NCBI GenBank assembly: GCA_965235115.1
Contig: OZ249443.1
Coordinates: forward strand, 3,658,001 to 3,722,000
Direction of reading: 5' to 3'
DNA length: 64,000 nucleotides
Origin: Laetmonice hystrix
Lineage: Eukaryota
Below the pieces are notes generated by a model that ran no database searches, had not been told where the DNA came from, and worked only from the letters and a program-made list of their open reading frames with translations. The stretch's first letter is position 1. The number at the start of each line of letters is the position of its first letter. A program made the translations under genes and the position numbers. Positions 24,796-37,150 of the stretch are shown here, piece by piece.

Positions 24796-26085
24796 ATATG
24801 TCGAACACATATAGAATAACTATAACTGTTTCCATTTAGAAATGTATATTTGTAATCACGCGTCACTGTAATTAAATTGGCGCACTCTTTGGAATAGAAG
24901 ATACACGAAATGCAACAGGACTCTTCACAGAACACAGGACGCTGTGCTGCGGTCGTAGTGTCGTCTGCCGCGTTCTGACGTAGCCCGTCAGCCGGTCGTC
25001 TGCCGCGTCTCAGGGGCGCAGACGACATTAGGCAGGCACACGCGGCATTGGCCCGCGACGTGACAGTCACCACTCGAGCTTTTCCCGCGCGTCCTTCTAT
25101 ACGCTTCCACTTTCAAATTCGACTCTGCTGTCTCTGCCTCGCTCCATCTCCTCGCAGACTGACAGAAAGGTGCTGTCTCATGTAGGGAAAACAACCACCT
25201 GTGGCCGTGGACGGGGAACCGTGGTTCACCTGTCTTCATACAGATCCAGGAGTTGAGAGGGACACGCCTATCGTTGTCTGTATCCAGACGTTGATAGGAC
25301 CGGTCACTGCTGGCGAGTCTCAGAGACTCCCCAGACCGCCGAGATATTCCATAGGATCATTTTAAACGTCAAAGACAAGTTGGCCTATATTGTTTGGCTG
25401 CATACCGTGTCCCCGTTGATACCTGTAGACGGCCGTCAAGACGATGTTCATCACGAAGATGGAGCACTGATACAGGATGGAGCGCAATGCGAGATAGAGA
25501 CTGGCAGATAGGCAAAGCTGTTAGATTCTATTGTAACCAGGATTATCCTACATACAGTACCATTTGGAGCGTAGACAGGACGACTGAGGGTGCAACTTTG
25601 TGCAGTAGTTGCTATTCGCTGCCAAACTCCGGGATTCGAGCTGGAACTCCTATATTACTAGTCTCTACTGTATGCTCGGGGTAAGAGGAAAACATCAGAA
25701 ATAATTGTCTTAACGGCTGTGCTTGGAGTTCTGATATTTGGTACTGCAGAAATAAGTATAACATATGGTAGATTACTGCGTCTCTGTGGTCCTCTGAACG
25801 CTCATCACGGTACTTCCACAATTTGGAAGGTTCACTACAACACCTCTCGCACTGCTTACTCGTTTCTTTTACCCGGATTCTTGAGATTACGTACCGGCGC
25901 TAAGATTCCTCTGTGGACTTTAAGCCTGCGCAGTCTGGAACCGGAAGGTGGCCGAGGATACAGCTATGAGTCGAAGACACTGTTATTCGGAATGTTAACT
26001 ATGTTGCGATGGTTACCAGGTCTGTATGGAAAAAATAAACAGTGATGACGTCATCAGACTTCATGTTGGTGCCTGAAAAGGATAA

Positions 26086-26244
26086 CTGATCAACGGAAGT
26101 ATACTACCGGTAGGCGTTGTGTTTTGTATGGTGATACCTGATCAACGGAAGTATACTACCGGTAGGCGTTGTGTTTTGTATGGTGATACCTGATCAACGG
26201 AAGTATACTACCGCTAGGCGTTGTGTTTTGTATGGTGATACCTG
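26086..26244. repeat. 52-bp tandem repeat, 3 copies
   Basis: CTGATCAACGGAAGTATACTACC at 26086, 26138 and 26190. Confidence 0.93.
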
Positions 26245-26524
26245 AAAACAAAGCACGGCTGTCAAAAGAGGATCTGTTCTGAAGAGCGTCCGTGACGTAA
26301 CAGAATGGTGTCTCCACCTGGGTGTAGCTGAACGAATGAATTAGCTCTGGTGACAAAAGCGACACAACTCCATGTTGATGATATGTCACTAGGATTACTT
26401 ACAGGTGTGGCGAGTTCAAATGTTGACTGTTCCAGGAGACAGTCTTTTGCCAGGTGTAGTCAAACACATCCAAGATGGGTATAAATCAAACGAGAAAATT
26501 GACCTTTCTATGTGGCTCCGCTAG

Positions 26525-27026
26525 GTGGTGCCACTGGTAGGTCAGAGAGGCGCACGCACACGGCGGGAGCTTGTTTCCGGTTGTAACGTCATGACGTCCC
26601 TCTTGAGACGGCTGAGCTCCAGTGACGTGGCCAGCTCACACATCCCCCTGCCCCCATTGACGTCCCCTGACCGACGCTTGTCCAGGTCGAAGCTAAGACC
26701 AAAGACCGAACAGGAGCGACTCCGGGAGCAATGGCAGCGTGTGAACCGCCAGCTGCATACAGTCTCCGCCGCCTTCTCAGCCGCCGGCCAGGAGAGGAGG
26801 GAAGCATTCCAACAGCGGAAGTGGTACACCATACCCGGGACGGATGGAGCGGAAGTCGCTGCCAGAGGTCTGACGGATGAGGGCGGCGAGATCTCGGGCC
26901 CTAAACGAGATTCTTTCCTCTGGTCGGAACAGTTCCTGCCGATGCCCAGGCCTTACACACGCAAGGATAAGAGCGTCTCGTTCGAGGATGAGCAACATCA
27001 TGCTGGGCCGAGTGGCAACATTGCAA
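26525..27026 (+). CDS. Candidate coding exon (~167 codons), family unknown
   Basis: Acceptor CCTTTCTATGTGGCTCCGCTAG|GTG. Longest non-repetitive ORF in the window (200 aa; ...SLLRRLSSSD...EQERLREQWQRVNRQL...KSVSFEDE...). Possible donor GCAAG|GTCAGA. Confidence 0.5.
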
Positions 27027-27213
27027 GGTCAGAGGGCCATTTGGGGGTTTCCTTGCAAATTATAATATTTGGAATGCACAATTGTCAGATTTTAATGTGG
27101 GTAACAGCTGATGGTCGAGACCCATAGCGAGTCGTCCCAAAAATGTAGAGAAAGGCTTCAAAGTTTTTAATACCCTGTAGTACCCTGTACAATAAAAATT
27201 CTCCTAGCATTTA
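27022..27213 (-). repeat. Right arm of 192-bp inverted repeat
   Basis: Reverse complement of 20342-20533, one mismatch. Confidence 0.97.
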
Positions 27214-27546
27214 GTTTTTTTTATTTAGGGTTTGCCCATTATAACCTAGAGATGTGATAGCCATGATTTTGTGCAACACAAGATATGAAAAAGATGGCCT
27301 GCTATGGTTCTTAGTCCATCAGTTTTATTATTGATTTTTACCTGAGAAGAAACAATTTAAGAGAAAACAAAGCTCTTCAAGATAATATGAGATTATTGTG
27401 ATCCCCTGGGGTTGCTATAGGCAATTCATTTTCCAAACAAGGCATTGATAGATTGCCTTTTAAAACTGTCAAATACAGGCAAATGGAAAGCAAACACTAT
27501 CCTTCCTGTTTGCATAGAAATGAAAATGATCCATATCATGGAACAA

Positions 27547-27886
27547 CTAGCGCTTCACAGGATGATCATAACTAATATCTTCTCTACCTGTCCGATAGGA
27601 GGCGCTTCCTGGTGATATCCTCTCAGTAACATGTACCGATATCCCTTTCCAATCCCATACATTGGCGTAATTCTCTTCCCATGGCGTATTGCAGACATTC
27701 ATTGTGGCTAACGTGCCGTGTGTCTGATAATGTCTCGTAAATCTACCAGCAATCAGAGAATCTTGGCGTCGTAGAACCTGAAACCTAGGATGCTGAAACT
27801 CATTACTTCTACAATAACCGTCTTGGCGGAAGAACACAGGACGCGATTTTTTATTCTGTTCCATCATTTTGCACTTTGAAGGGTTC
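27547..27886 (-). CDS. Possible terminal coding exon
   Basis: 106-aa complex ORF ending in TAG, possible acceptor CTATCAG|, followed by AT-rich sequence with AATAAA about 220 nt downstream. Confidence 0.3.
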
Positions 27887-28058
27887 CTGATAGATCAGGA
27901 TTGGATAGCCCATAGATTTAAAGGCGGTGAATCTTCCAAGGGAACTCATCATTTAATGGAGTTTGTGTTAGATTGGGCTTGAAACGCGCACCTCTGCGTC
28001 GAGTTTACTTCACTGGAATTTTCTTGTTATCAGAGTTTATACAGGTATAGGAAACATT

Positions 28059-28630
28059 GGGGTAAGATAGGAGAATGATAAAATATTTATGACTAAAGAT
28101 ATAATATCTTTGGGTAGGATAGGAAAATGATAAAATATCTATGAATAAAGATATAATATCTGTGGGTAAGATAGGAGAATGATAAAATATCTATGACTAA
28201 AGATATAATATCTGTGGGTAAGATAGGAATATGATAAAATATCTATGACTAAAGATATAATATCTTTGGGTAGGATAGGAAAATGATAAAATATCTGTGA
28301 CTAAAGATATAATATCTTTGGGTAGGATAGGAAAATGATAAAATATCTGTGACTAAAGATATAATATCTTTGGGTAGGATAGGAGAATGACAAAATATCT
28401 ATGACTAAAGATATAATATCTGTGGGTAGGATAGGAATATGATAAAATATCTATGAATAAAGATATAATATCTGTGGGTATATAGGAATATTATAAAATA
28501 TCTATTAATAAAGATATAGTATCTGTGGGTAAGATAGGAATATGATAAAATATCTATGAATAAAGATATAATATCTGTGGGTAAGATAGGATAAAATATC
28601 TATTAATAAAGATATAATATCTGTGGGTAG
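28059..28630. repeat. AT-rich 52-bp minisatellite, ~11 copies
   Basis: GGGTA(A/G)GATAGGAGAATGATAAAATATCTATGACTAAAGATATAATATCT(G/T)T. Confidence 0.97.
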
Positions 28631-29316
28631 AAACCTTTCGTAATTCAGGTGTGACTTGTATCTTCTAAGCAAGACTTGGTTCACCGCGGATAGGCCAGGT
28701 CTTGAGCTGGATTTTAAAAGGTTAGGACTTGAAAGATGGAAACGTGACAGTGGCCGTCAGATGCCTGCAGCAGCTAATGATATTGTGTACATAACCTTTA
28801 GTTTTCTGAGGTAAATGGAACTGATTGTGTCGATAACCGCAGCCCAGACTATATTGATTCAAGAATACCAGTTGTATTTTTCTAAATATTGGCTGAATAC
28901 AGAGGACATGTTCTCTTCATGAGATTCCCCATTGGGCCTGTTTTGCTAATTTGACCTGAAAAGAGGATATAGCAATGTTGAGATAAAGTTGCCGCATAAG
29001 ATAATAATAAAACAATATTCTGCTCCGTTCCTGAAATAGGGCTTGTACTTATAGTCCACAGTAACCGTGTTTCGGAGGTCAGAGATCCTATCGAGCGTTA
29101 TTTGATTGAATATGAAATCCTGGCAACCCAAGATAAAAACAACTCTGTGGCTTCCAGCACATAAAAAGCGATAAACTCTGGTATCTTTCCTTGGATTTGA
29201 TCGCCCATCAGCGAACCTCGGACAGCGGAGACTGTCCATGGTAACAACTCGGCGAAATCTCATGGTGACAACTAAACATGAGTCATGCGGAACGTTACCG
29301 GAGACCAGAACGTAAT

Positions 29317-29537
29317 CTGAGCCTCTGATCGCGGCCTCCAGACCTCACCAAAACCTCTACACGTAACCTTACCACTAACCCTGCCCCATACTGAGCCTCT
29401 GATCGCGGTCTCCAGACCTCACCAAAACCTCTACACGTAACCTTGCCACTAACCCTGCCCCATACTGAGCCTGTGATCGCGGCCTCCAGACCTCACCAAA
29501 ACCTCTACACGTAACCTTACCACTAACCCTGCCCCAT
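29317..29537. repeat. 74-bp tandem repeat, 3 copies
   Basis: CTGAGCC starts at 29317, 29391 and 29465. Confidence 0.95.
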
Positions 29538-29822
29538 GCCCCCATTGGTGGGGAAATTACCATGGTGACTGACCGAGGACGGTACGTCAATATTGTGACT
29601 GGCGTCAGCGTTTGGAACGCCATCTCCGTCAGTTATCAGTCTACCGCCAGGGGGCTCTGTGAGTGGTCCAGGTAATGAACATTTGGTCTGAGTGTCGAGG
29701 TGAACGGGACAGACTTACTGCCTGTATCCGTGGTTACCATTAGAACGACGACGTGATGGCGACCCAACAAAAATCCCAACCGACTCAGCGTGTCGGAATT
29801 CTGCACCAAACAAACTAGTCAC

Positions 29823-30912
29823 TTTACCGAGGAGGCTATTGTTCAAGGTGTCAGGCGACACGACAGAAATGTTTTAACGATACCTGTCGCCTTACCGAGG
29901 TCCAAGGTGTCGGGCGACATGACAGAAATATTTTAAAGATACCTGTCCAAGGTGTCGGGCGACAGGACAGAAATGTTTTAAAGATACCTGTCGCCTTACC
30001 GAGGTCCAAGGTGTCGGGCGACAGGACAGAAATGTTTTAAAGATACCTGTCGCCTTACCGAGGAGGCTATTGTTCAAGGTGTCGGCGACACGACAGAAAT
30101 GTTTCAAAGATACCTGTCGCCTTACCGAGGAGGCTATTGTTCAAGGTGTCGGGCGACACGACAGAAATGTTTTAAAGATACCTGTCGCCTTACCGAGGAG
30201 GCTATTGTTCAAGGTGTCGGGCGACACGACAGAAATGTTTTAAAGATACCTGTCGCCTTGCCGAGGTTGAAGGTGTCGGGCGACAGGACAGAAATGTTTT
30301 AAAGATACCTGTCGCCTTACCGAGGAGGCTATTGTTCAAGGTGTCGGCGACACGACAGAAATGTTTTAAAGATACCTGTCGCCTTACCGAGGTCCAAGGT
30401 GTCGGGCGACATGACAGAAATGTTTTAAAGATACCTGTCGCCTTACCGAGGAGGCTATTGTTCAAGGTGTCAGGCGGCACGACAGAAATGTTTTAAAGAT
30501 ACCTGTCGCCTTGCCGAGGAGGCTATTGTTCAAGGTGTCGGGCGACAGGACAGAAATGTTTTAAAGATACCTGTCGCCTTACCGAGGAGGCTATTGTTCA
30601 AGGTGTCAGGCGACAGGACAGAAATGTTATAAAGATACCTGTCGCCTTACCGAGGAGGCTATTGTTCAAGGTGTCAGGCGACACGACAGAAATGTTATAA
30701 AGATACCTGTCGCCTTACCGAGCAGGCTATTGTTCAAGGTGTCAGGCGACATGACAGAAATGTTATAAAGATACCTGTCGCCTTACCGAGCAGGCTATTG
30801 TTCAAGGTGTCGGGCGACACGACAGAAATGTTTTAAAGATACCTGTCGCCTTACCGAGGAGGCTGTTGTTCAAGGTGTCGAGCGACACGACAGAAATGTT
30901 TTAACGATACCT
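29823..30912. repeat. ~68-bp minisatellite with shorter variants
   Basis: CCTTACCGAGGAGGCTATTGTTCAAGGTGTCGGGCGACACGACAGAAATGTTTTAAAGATACCTGTCG. Confidence 0.97.
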
Positions 30913-31070
30913 GTGGGCTGAAGACCTGTCACGTGACAAATGGCTTTCCAATCGGTCTCCGTACACTGGGGCTGTTCGTGCAGATCAAATGCTCCGAGCC
31001 TTGCATTGAGAGACAGGTCTGCGTGCCTGGTCGACAATATTACCAGACCAGATGTCCCCGTGGTCATGTC
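30911..31070 (-). CDS. Candidate exon (phase 0 to 1)
   Basis: Acceptor CCTGTCCTTGCCAAG|, donor CAG|GTATCG; open frame DMTTGTSGLVILSTRHADLSLNARLGAFDLHEQPQCTETDWKAICHVTGLQPT. Confidence 0.28.
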
Positions 31071-31380
31071 CTTGGCAAGGACAGGTAATGGCATTGAGGT
31101 TGGAGACGGAGAATTGGAAAATGGACACGTTCACTCGGAAAGATATGTGCCTGATTATATAAAGCATGGTAAGGGCAGATCAGGATTATATAAACCATGG
31201 TAAGGGCGGATCAGGTTCAGAACTCCAAATAGAATCGGTTCCAACAAGAGTTGAACGTGTCCAGTCCTATAACCATCATATCGACATCAATACGGTATAT
31301 TTGGCAGACAATAATTTGATTTGGCAAAGACCTCGCGTGGAGAATGTAAGGGATTAGAATGCAGAATTCTCCCGGATAAA

Positions 31381-32498
31381 GAAACACATCACAGAAACAC
31401 ATCACAGAAACACATCACAGAAACACATCTCAGAAACACAGCACAGAAACACAGCACAGAAACACAGCACAGAAACACAGCACAGAAACACAGCACAGAA
31501 ACACAGCACAGAAACACAACACAGAAACACAGCACAGAAACACAGCACAGAAACACAGCACAGAAACACAGCACAGAAACACAGCACAGAAACACAGCAC
31601 AGAAACACAACACAGAAACACAGCACAGAAACACAACACAGAAACACAGCACAGAAACACAGCACAGAAACACAGCACAGAAACACAGCACAGAAACACA
31701 ACACAGAAACACAGCACAGAAACACAGCACAGAAACACAGCACAGAAACACAGCACAGAAACACAGCACAGAAACACAGCACAGAAACACAGCACAGAAA
31801 CACAGCACAGAAACACAGCACAGAAACACAGCACAGAAACACAGCACAGAAACACAGCACAGAAACACAGCACAGAAACACAGCACAGAAACACAGCACA
31901 GAAACACAGCACAGAAACACAGCACAGAAACACAGCACAGAAACACAGCACAGAAACACAGCACAGAAACACAGCACAGAAACACAGCACAGAAACACAG
32001 CACAGAAACACAGCACAGAAACACAGCACAGAAACACAGCACAGAAACACAGCACAGAAACACAGCACAGAAACACAGCACAGAAACACAGCACAGAAAC
32101 ACAGCACAGAAACACAGCACAGAAACACAGCACAGAAACAGCACAGAAACACAGCACAGAAACACAGCACAGAAACACAGCACAGAAACACAGCACAGAA
32201 ACACAGCACAGAAACACAGCACAGAAACACAGCACAGAAACACAGCGCAGAAACACAGCGCAGAAACACAGCGCAGAAACACAACGCAGAAACACAGCAC
32301 AGAAACACAGCACAGAAACACAGCACAGAAACACAGCACAGAAACACAGCACAGAAACACAACACAGAAACACAGCACAGAAACACAGCACAGAAACACA
32401 GCGCAGAAACACAGCACAGAAACACAGCACAGAAACACAGCACAGAAACACAGCACAGAAACACAACACAGAAACACAGCACAGAAACACAGCACAGA
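31381..32498. repeat. 13-bp satellite (AGAAACACAGCAC)n, ~85 copies
   Basis: Near-homogeneous array. Confidence 0.99.
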
Positions 32499-32625
32499 AT
32501 GTAGTATGAAGAGAGGTCGTGTAACTAGCTTTAAAATTTGTGGGAAGACTGTACGCATTTATTCAGTATTCGCTGGTCCATCACACAGTCACGTCCATTC
32601 TTCCTGGCTTCCCAGGGGCATGTAA

Positions 32626-32956
32626 GGCCAGGTTCACATCTGGCTTAATTATTATTCTTAAGCGATTGCGATGGCGGACGCGTTTTGCGACCGAATGTTC
32701 ACATCAGGCGTAGAAGAGCCATGCTAATTTTAGTGCCACTCGCAAATTGACGCCACTTCCCTGCGGAATCCTTCAGGCGAGCGCGGCAGCGGTGGCGAAA
32801 GTTTGGAAATTTCCCAATGCTTCGCGTTGAGAACGCGGTCATCGCAAACGCCTAAGATTAGTCTGAACACTCTAATGATTCAAGGTAGAAGGCAATCGAC
32901 CGCAAACACGTCCGCTTAAAAATAAGAATAAGAATAAGCCAGGTGTGAACCGGCCC
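32626..32956. mobile_element. Palindromic MITE, ~331 bp
   Basis: TAA-GGCCAGGTTCACATCTGGCTT ... AAGCCAGGTGTGAACCGGCCC-TTA, with imperfect inverted similarity further in (GACGCGTTTTGCGACCGA / TCGACCGCAAACACGTCC). Superfamily not assigned. Confidence 0.8.
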
Positions 32957-33199
32957 TTAGGTAACACTCCCTATGTTAACACGGTTACCATTATTGTTGT
33001 GACAAGAACGAAAGATACACCACTACCCCACCCCTTCCCCCGTCCCATAAACACATGATCTTGTGATTTTGGCATTATGAAAAAACATGTCAAAATATTT
33101 TTGTCAGCTGAGATAAAGTAGCAGGCGCAGGTTGCCCTTGTTTACGGGGATTCCGACGACCGTCGACTTTGAAAACCCTGTTTTACCATGGGGAAACAA

Positions 33200-33949
33200 C
33201 CAATTCGGAAAAACTTAAGATCTCTCTTAAGCTGCTTCTGATTGGCTAGTCTGCTTAGACCAGCCAATCAGAAGCGATAAGCTTAACGTTTCTGATTGGC
33301 TAATTGCTTAGACCAGCCAATCAGAAGCGATAAGCTTAACGTTTATGATTGGCTGATTGCTTAGACCAGCCAATCAGAAGCGATAAGCTTAACGTTTCTG
33401 ATTGGCTGATTACTTAGACCAGCCAATCAGAAGCGATAAGCTTAACGTTTCTGATTGGCTGATTGCTTAGACCAGCCAATCAGAAGCGATAAGCTTAACG
33501 TCTCTGATTGGCTGATTGCTTAGACAAGCCAATCAGAAGCGATAAGCTTAACGTTTCTGATTGGCTGATTGCTTATACCAGCCAATCAGAAGCGATAAGC
33601 TTAACGTTTCTGATTGGCTGATTGCTTAGACAAGCCAATCAGAAGCGATAAGCTTAACGTTTCTGATTGGCTGATTGCTTAGACAAGCCAATCAGAAGCG
33701 ATAAGCTTAACGTTTCTGATTGGCTGATTGCTTAGACCAGCCAATCAGAAGCGATAAGCTTAACGTTTCTGATTGGCTGATTGCTTAGACCAGCCAATCA
33801 GAAGCGATAAGCTTAACGTTTCTGATTGGCTGATTGCTTAGACCAGCCAATCAGAAGCGATAAGCTTAACGTTTCTGATTGGCTGATTGCTTAGACCAGC
33901 CAATCAGAAGCGATAAGCTTAAGCAAGATCTTAAGATTTTACGAACTGG
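33200..33949. mobile_element. Palindromic MITE with an internally amplified 53-bp unit
   Basis: TIR CCAATTCGGAAAAACTTAAGATCT versus reverse complement of 33926-33949, 21/24 match. Confidence 0.75.
33236..33922. repeat. 53-bp hairpin minisatellite, ~13 copies
   Basis: TTCTGATTGGCTG-ATTGCTTAGAC-CAGCCAATCAGAA-GCGATAAGCTTAACGT; each unit has a 13-bp inverted repeat. Confidence 0.98.
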
Positions 33950-35524
33950 AACCTGGTTACTTTAAGACGATAATTTAAAGGGTTTAATCCTGACCTCCCG
34001 TTGAATGTTTTCCTGGATAGTCACTGAGAGTATCTCTTTAGCCTGTTAAATTCCAACACAGGTATTATTAATGGTATTTATTGTATTTATGAAAGTGGCC
34101 CGTAATGTCGATTGTTTATTAAAGTTTGCGTTGCCAAGAAGTTACAAGAAGGTACAGGAGCATGAATAAATGACAAAGAAATGTTGATGATAAGTGTGAC
34201 ATACTGTACGGCAGCCGAGCGTGTATAGGGGCCGTATATCAGGACGACGTCTGGTACAACTTCTATGACCTCCGACTTGTATAGACATTGATAGCCAGGT
34301 GTCATAATACACTAGAAATTAAATTAAACGAGTATGCACGGCGATCATTTGTCTGCGAACAATAAATTATTGGCGACCAGAAAGCGAACGACGGACGCGG
34401 CCAACACAAGGTGAACAAAAGTTCGCTCGTTACCATTGGAGACGCACTGTTAAAATTGTTCTGGCAATTGTATTGATTCTGTGTGAAATACGTTTTCAGG
34501 CTAGAAATTGGTTGTTCTTGGTCTAATCTTGGAGGTGCAAGGGCACTGCATGGTGCATGTCAAAATCGTCTTACGAAATTTCTAACCTAGGAACCGGCAA
34601 TGTGTAAACTCTGTGTTGGATTTGAGGGACTTGACCTCATACCATGTATACTTGGGCCAGTATAAGAGGTCATCAAGTGGCCAATGTCAGCCAATTCACT
34701 CACCTTACACTGACCATAAATTTAAACAAAAACTTCAAAATCACAATACATGTACTAAATGTTGCAAGCTGCATGAGTGTGCTTGAAGCTATGTACCCAT
34801 GGTATTATGGGGGTTTGATGTATGTTTTATATGTTCCCATCAGCTACGTTTACTAAATAATTAACTGGGAGTTGAGATCAGTCATCAAACACTCATGTGA
34901 TGTACACTCACTACACCAGCCGAGTCTGGTTAATAATTCACGGCAGCAGTCTGGCATATATACTGTGTTAAAGTTCATTCTGTCAGGCAGCTCTCTTAAC
35001 AAATATAATAAAATAAGATCATAATAAATATTGAATATAATATCTATTAAATAGGCATTTCTACATGACAGTTTACATATACAATGTATATTATATACCA
35101 TGCCGGTACAAGCCAGACCGCCTAAATGACCTTCGGAAGGGGACGAGAACCTGAAAGGTCAAAAGGATCTCGTTAAAATAACGTATCTCCCGAGAGGTTC
35201 TGCCCGACAGGTGGAGCTGCTGGTGAGAACGGGTACCGATCAATCACGTGATCATGTGGTAGACACGCATCTCTTGGGCTGCATTCGATTCGGCAACACG
35301 AGTGACACGGGTCCCACTAGAGCTCAGTGCCCTCGCTGTCTTCCAAATATAGTGTCACGGGAAGCGATCATGTTGTGACGTCCACGTACAGTACAGGAAT
35401 AGGATACGCCATTGTACCGATAACGCCACGATTGGCGACCGTGAATCCTTGCAACGTTTAGAGATACAATGGATACAGTATGTAACTCCCGGGGGGGGGG
35501 GGGGGGGGGAGGAGCTTCCAGCTT

Positions 35525-37060
35525 AACATCTCCACGGAATGAGGTGTGTCGACATCTTCACGGAATGAGGTGTGAACGACATCTTCACGGAATGAGGTGG
35601 TAACGACATCTTCACGGAATGAGGTGGTAACGACATCTTCACGGAATGAGGTGGTAACGACATCTTCACGGAATGAGGTGGTAACGACATCTCCACGGAA
35701 TGAGGTGTGTCGACATCTTCACGGAATGAGGTGTGAACGACATCTTCACGGAATGAGGTGGTAACGACATCTTCACGGAATGAGGTGTAAACGACATCTT
35801 CACGGAATGAGGTATGAACGACATCTTCACGGAATGAGGTGTAAACGACACCTTCACGGAATGAGGTGGTAACGACATCTTCACGGAATGAGGTGTAAAC
35901 GACATCTTCACGGAATGAGGTATGAACGACATCTTCACGGAATGAGGTGTAAACGACATCTTCACGGAATGAGGTGGTAACGACATCTTCACGGAATGAG
36001 GTGGTAACGACATCTTCACGGAATGAGGTGGTAACGACATCTTCACGGAATGAGGTGGTAACGACATCTTCACGGAATGAGGTGGTAACGACATCTTCAC
36101 GGAATGAGGTATGAACGACATCGTCACGGAATGAGGTATGAACGACATCTTCACGGAATGAGGTGTAAACGACATCTTCACGGAATGAGGTGGTAACGAC
36201 ATCTTCACGAAATGAGGTGGTAACGACATCTTCACGGAATGAGGTGGTAACGACATCTTCACAGAATGAGGTGGTAACCACATCTTCACGGAATGAGGTG
36301 GTAACCACATCTTCACGGAATGAGGTGGTAACGACATCTTGACGGAATGAGGTGGTAACGACATCTTTACGGAATGAGGTGGTAACGACATCTTCACGGA
36401 ATGAGGTGGTAACGACATCTTCACGGAATGAGGTGGTAACGACATCTTCACGGAATGAGGTGGTAACGACATCTTCACGGAATGAGGTGGTAACGACATC
36501 TTCACGGAATGAGGTGGTAACGACATCTTCACGGAATGAGGTATGTCGACATCTTCACGGAATGAGGTGGTAACGACATCTTCACGGAATGAGGTGGTAA
36601 CGACATCTTCACGGAATGAGGTTTGTCGACATCTTCACGGAATGAGGTGGTAACGACATCTTCACGGAATGAGGTGGTAACGACATCTTCACGGAATGAG
36701 GTGGTAACGACATCTTCACGGAATGAGGTATGTCGACATCTTCACGGAATGAGGTGGTAACGACATCTTCACGGAATGAGGTGGTAACGACATCTTCACG
36801 GAATAAGGTGGTAACGACATCTTCACGGAATGAGGTGGTAACGACATCTTCACGGAATGAGGTGGTAACGACATCTTCACGGAATGAGGTGGTAACGACA
36901 TCTTCACGGAATGAGGTGGTAACGACATCTTCACAGAATGAGGTGTAAACGACATCTTCACGGAATGAGGTGGTAACGACATCTTGACGGAATGAGGTGG
37001 TAACGACATCTTCACGGAATGAGGTGGTAACGACATCTTCACGGAATGAGGTGGTAACGG
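35525..37060. repeat. 27-bp minisatellite, ~57 copies
   Basis: ACGGAATGAGGTGGTAACGACATCTTC. Confidence 0.98.
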
Positions 37061-37102
37061 TGACAGACATCTATCACTATTCCAAAACCCCTCACCACTT
37101 AC

Positions 37103-37150
37103 CCTGGTCCACAGATCTCTCCCTCACCCTGCTCCTGGCCGAATCCCTAC
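37103..37150 (-). CDS. Candidate 48-nt symmetric exon (phase 1)
   Basis: Branch/acceptor TTCTAATGAATTTACAG|, donor CAGG|GTAAGT; only phase 1 is open: (G)RDSARSRVRERSVDQ(G). Confidence 0.38.

Noticed and set aside
25394-26045. GPCR-like hydrophobic ORF fragments
   Set aside because: Interrupted by stops and frame changes, with no DRY or NPxxY motifs
28946-29263. 105-aa minus-strand ORF as a whole CDS
   Set aside because: The 5' part overlaps paired X-box-like motifs, the donor is weak and the phase does not fit the neighbouring candidate exon
31321-32625. 434-aa and 350-389 aa ORFs
   Set aside because: A 13-bp satellite with no stop in any frame
35523-37070. Repetitive ORFs (VVTTSFRED)n and (MSLPPHSVK)n
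   Set aside because: 27-bp minisatellite translations
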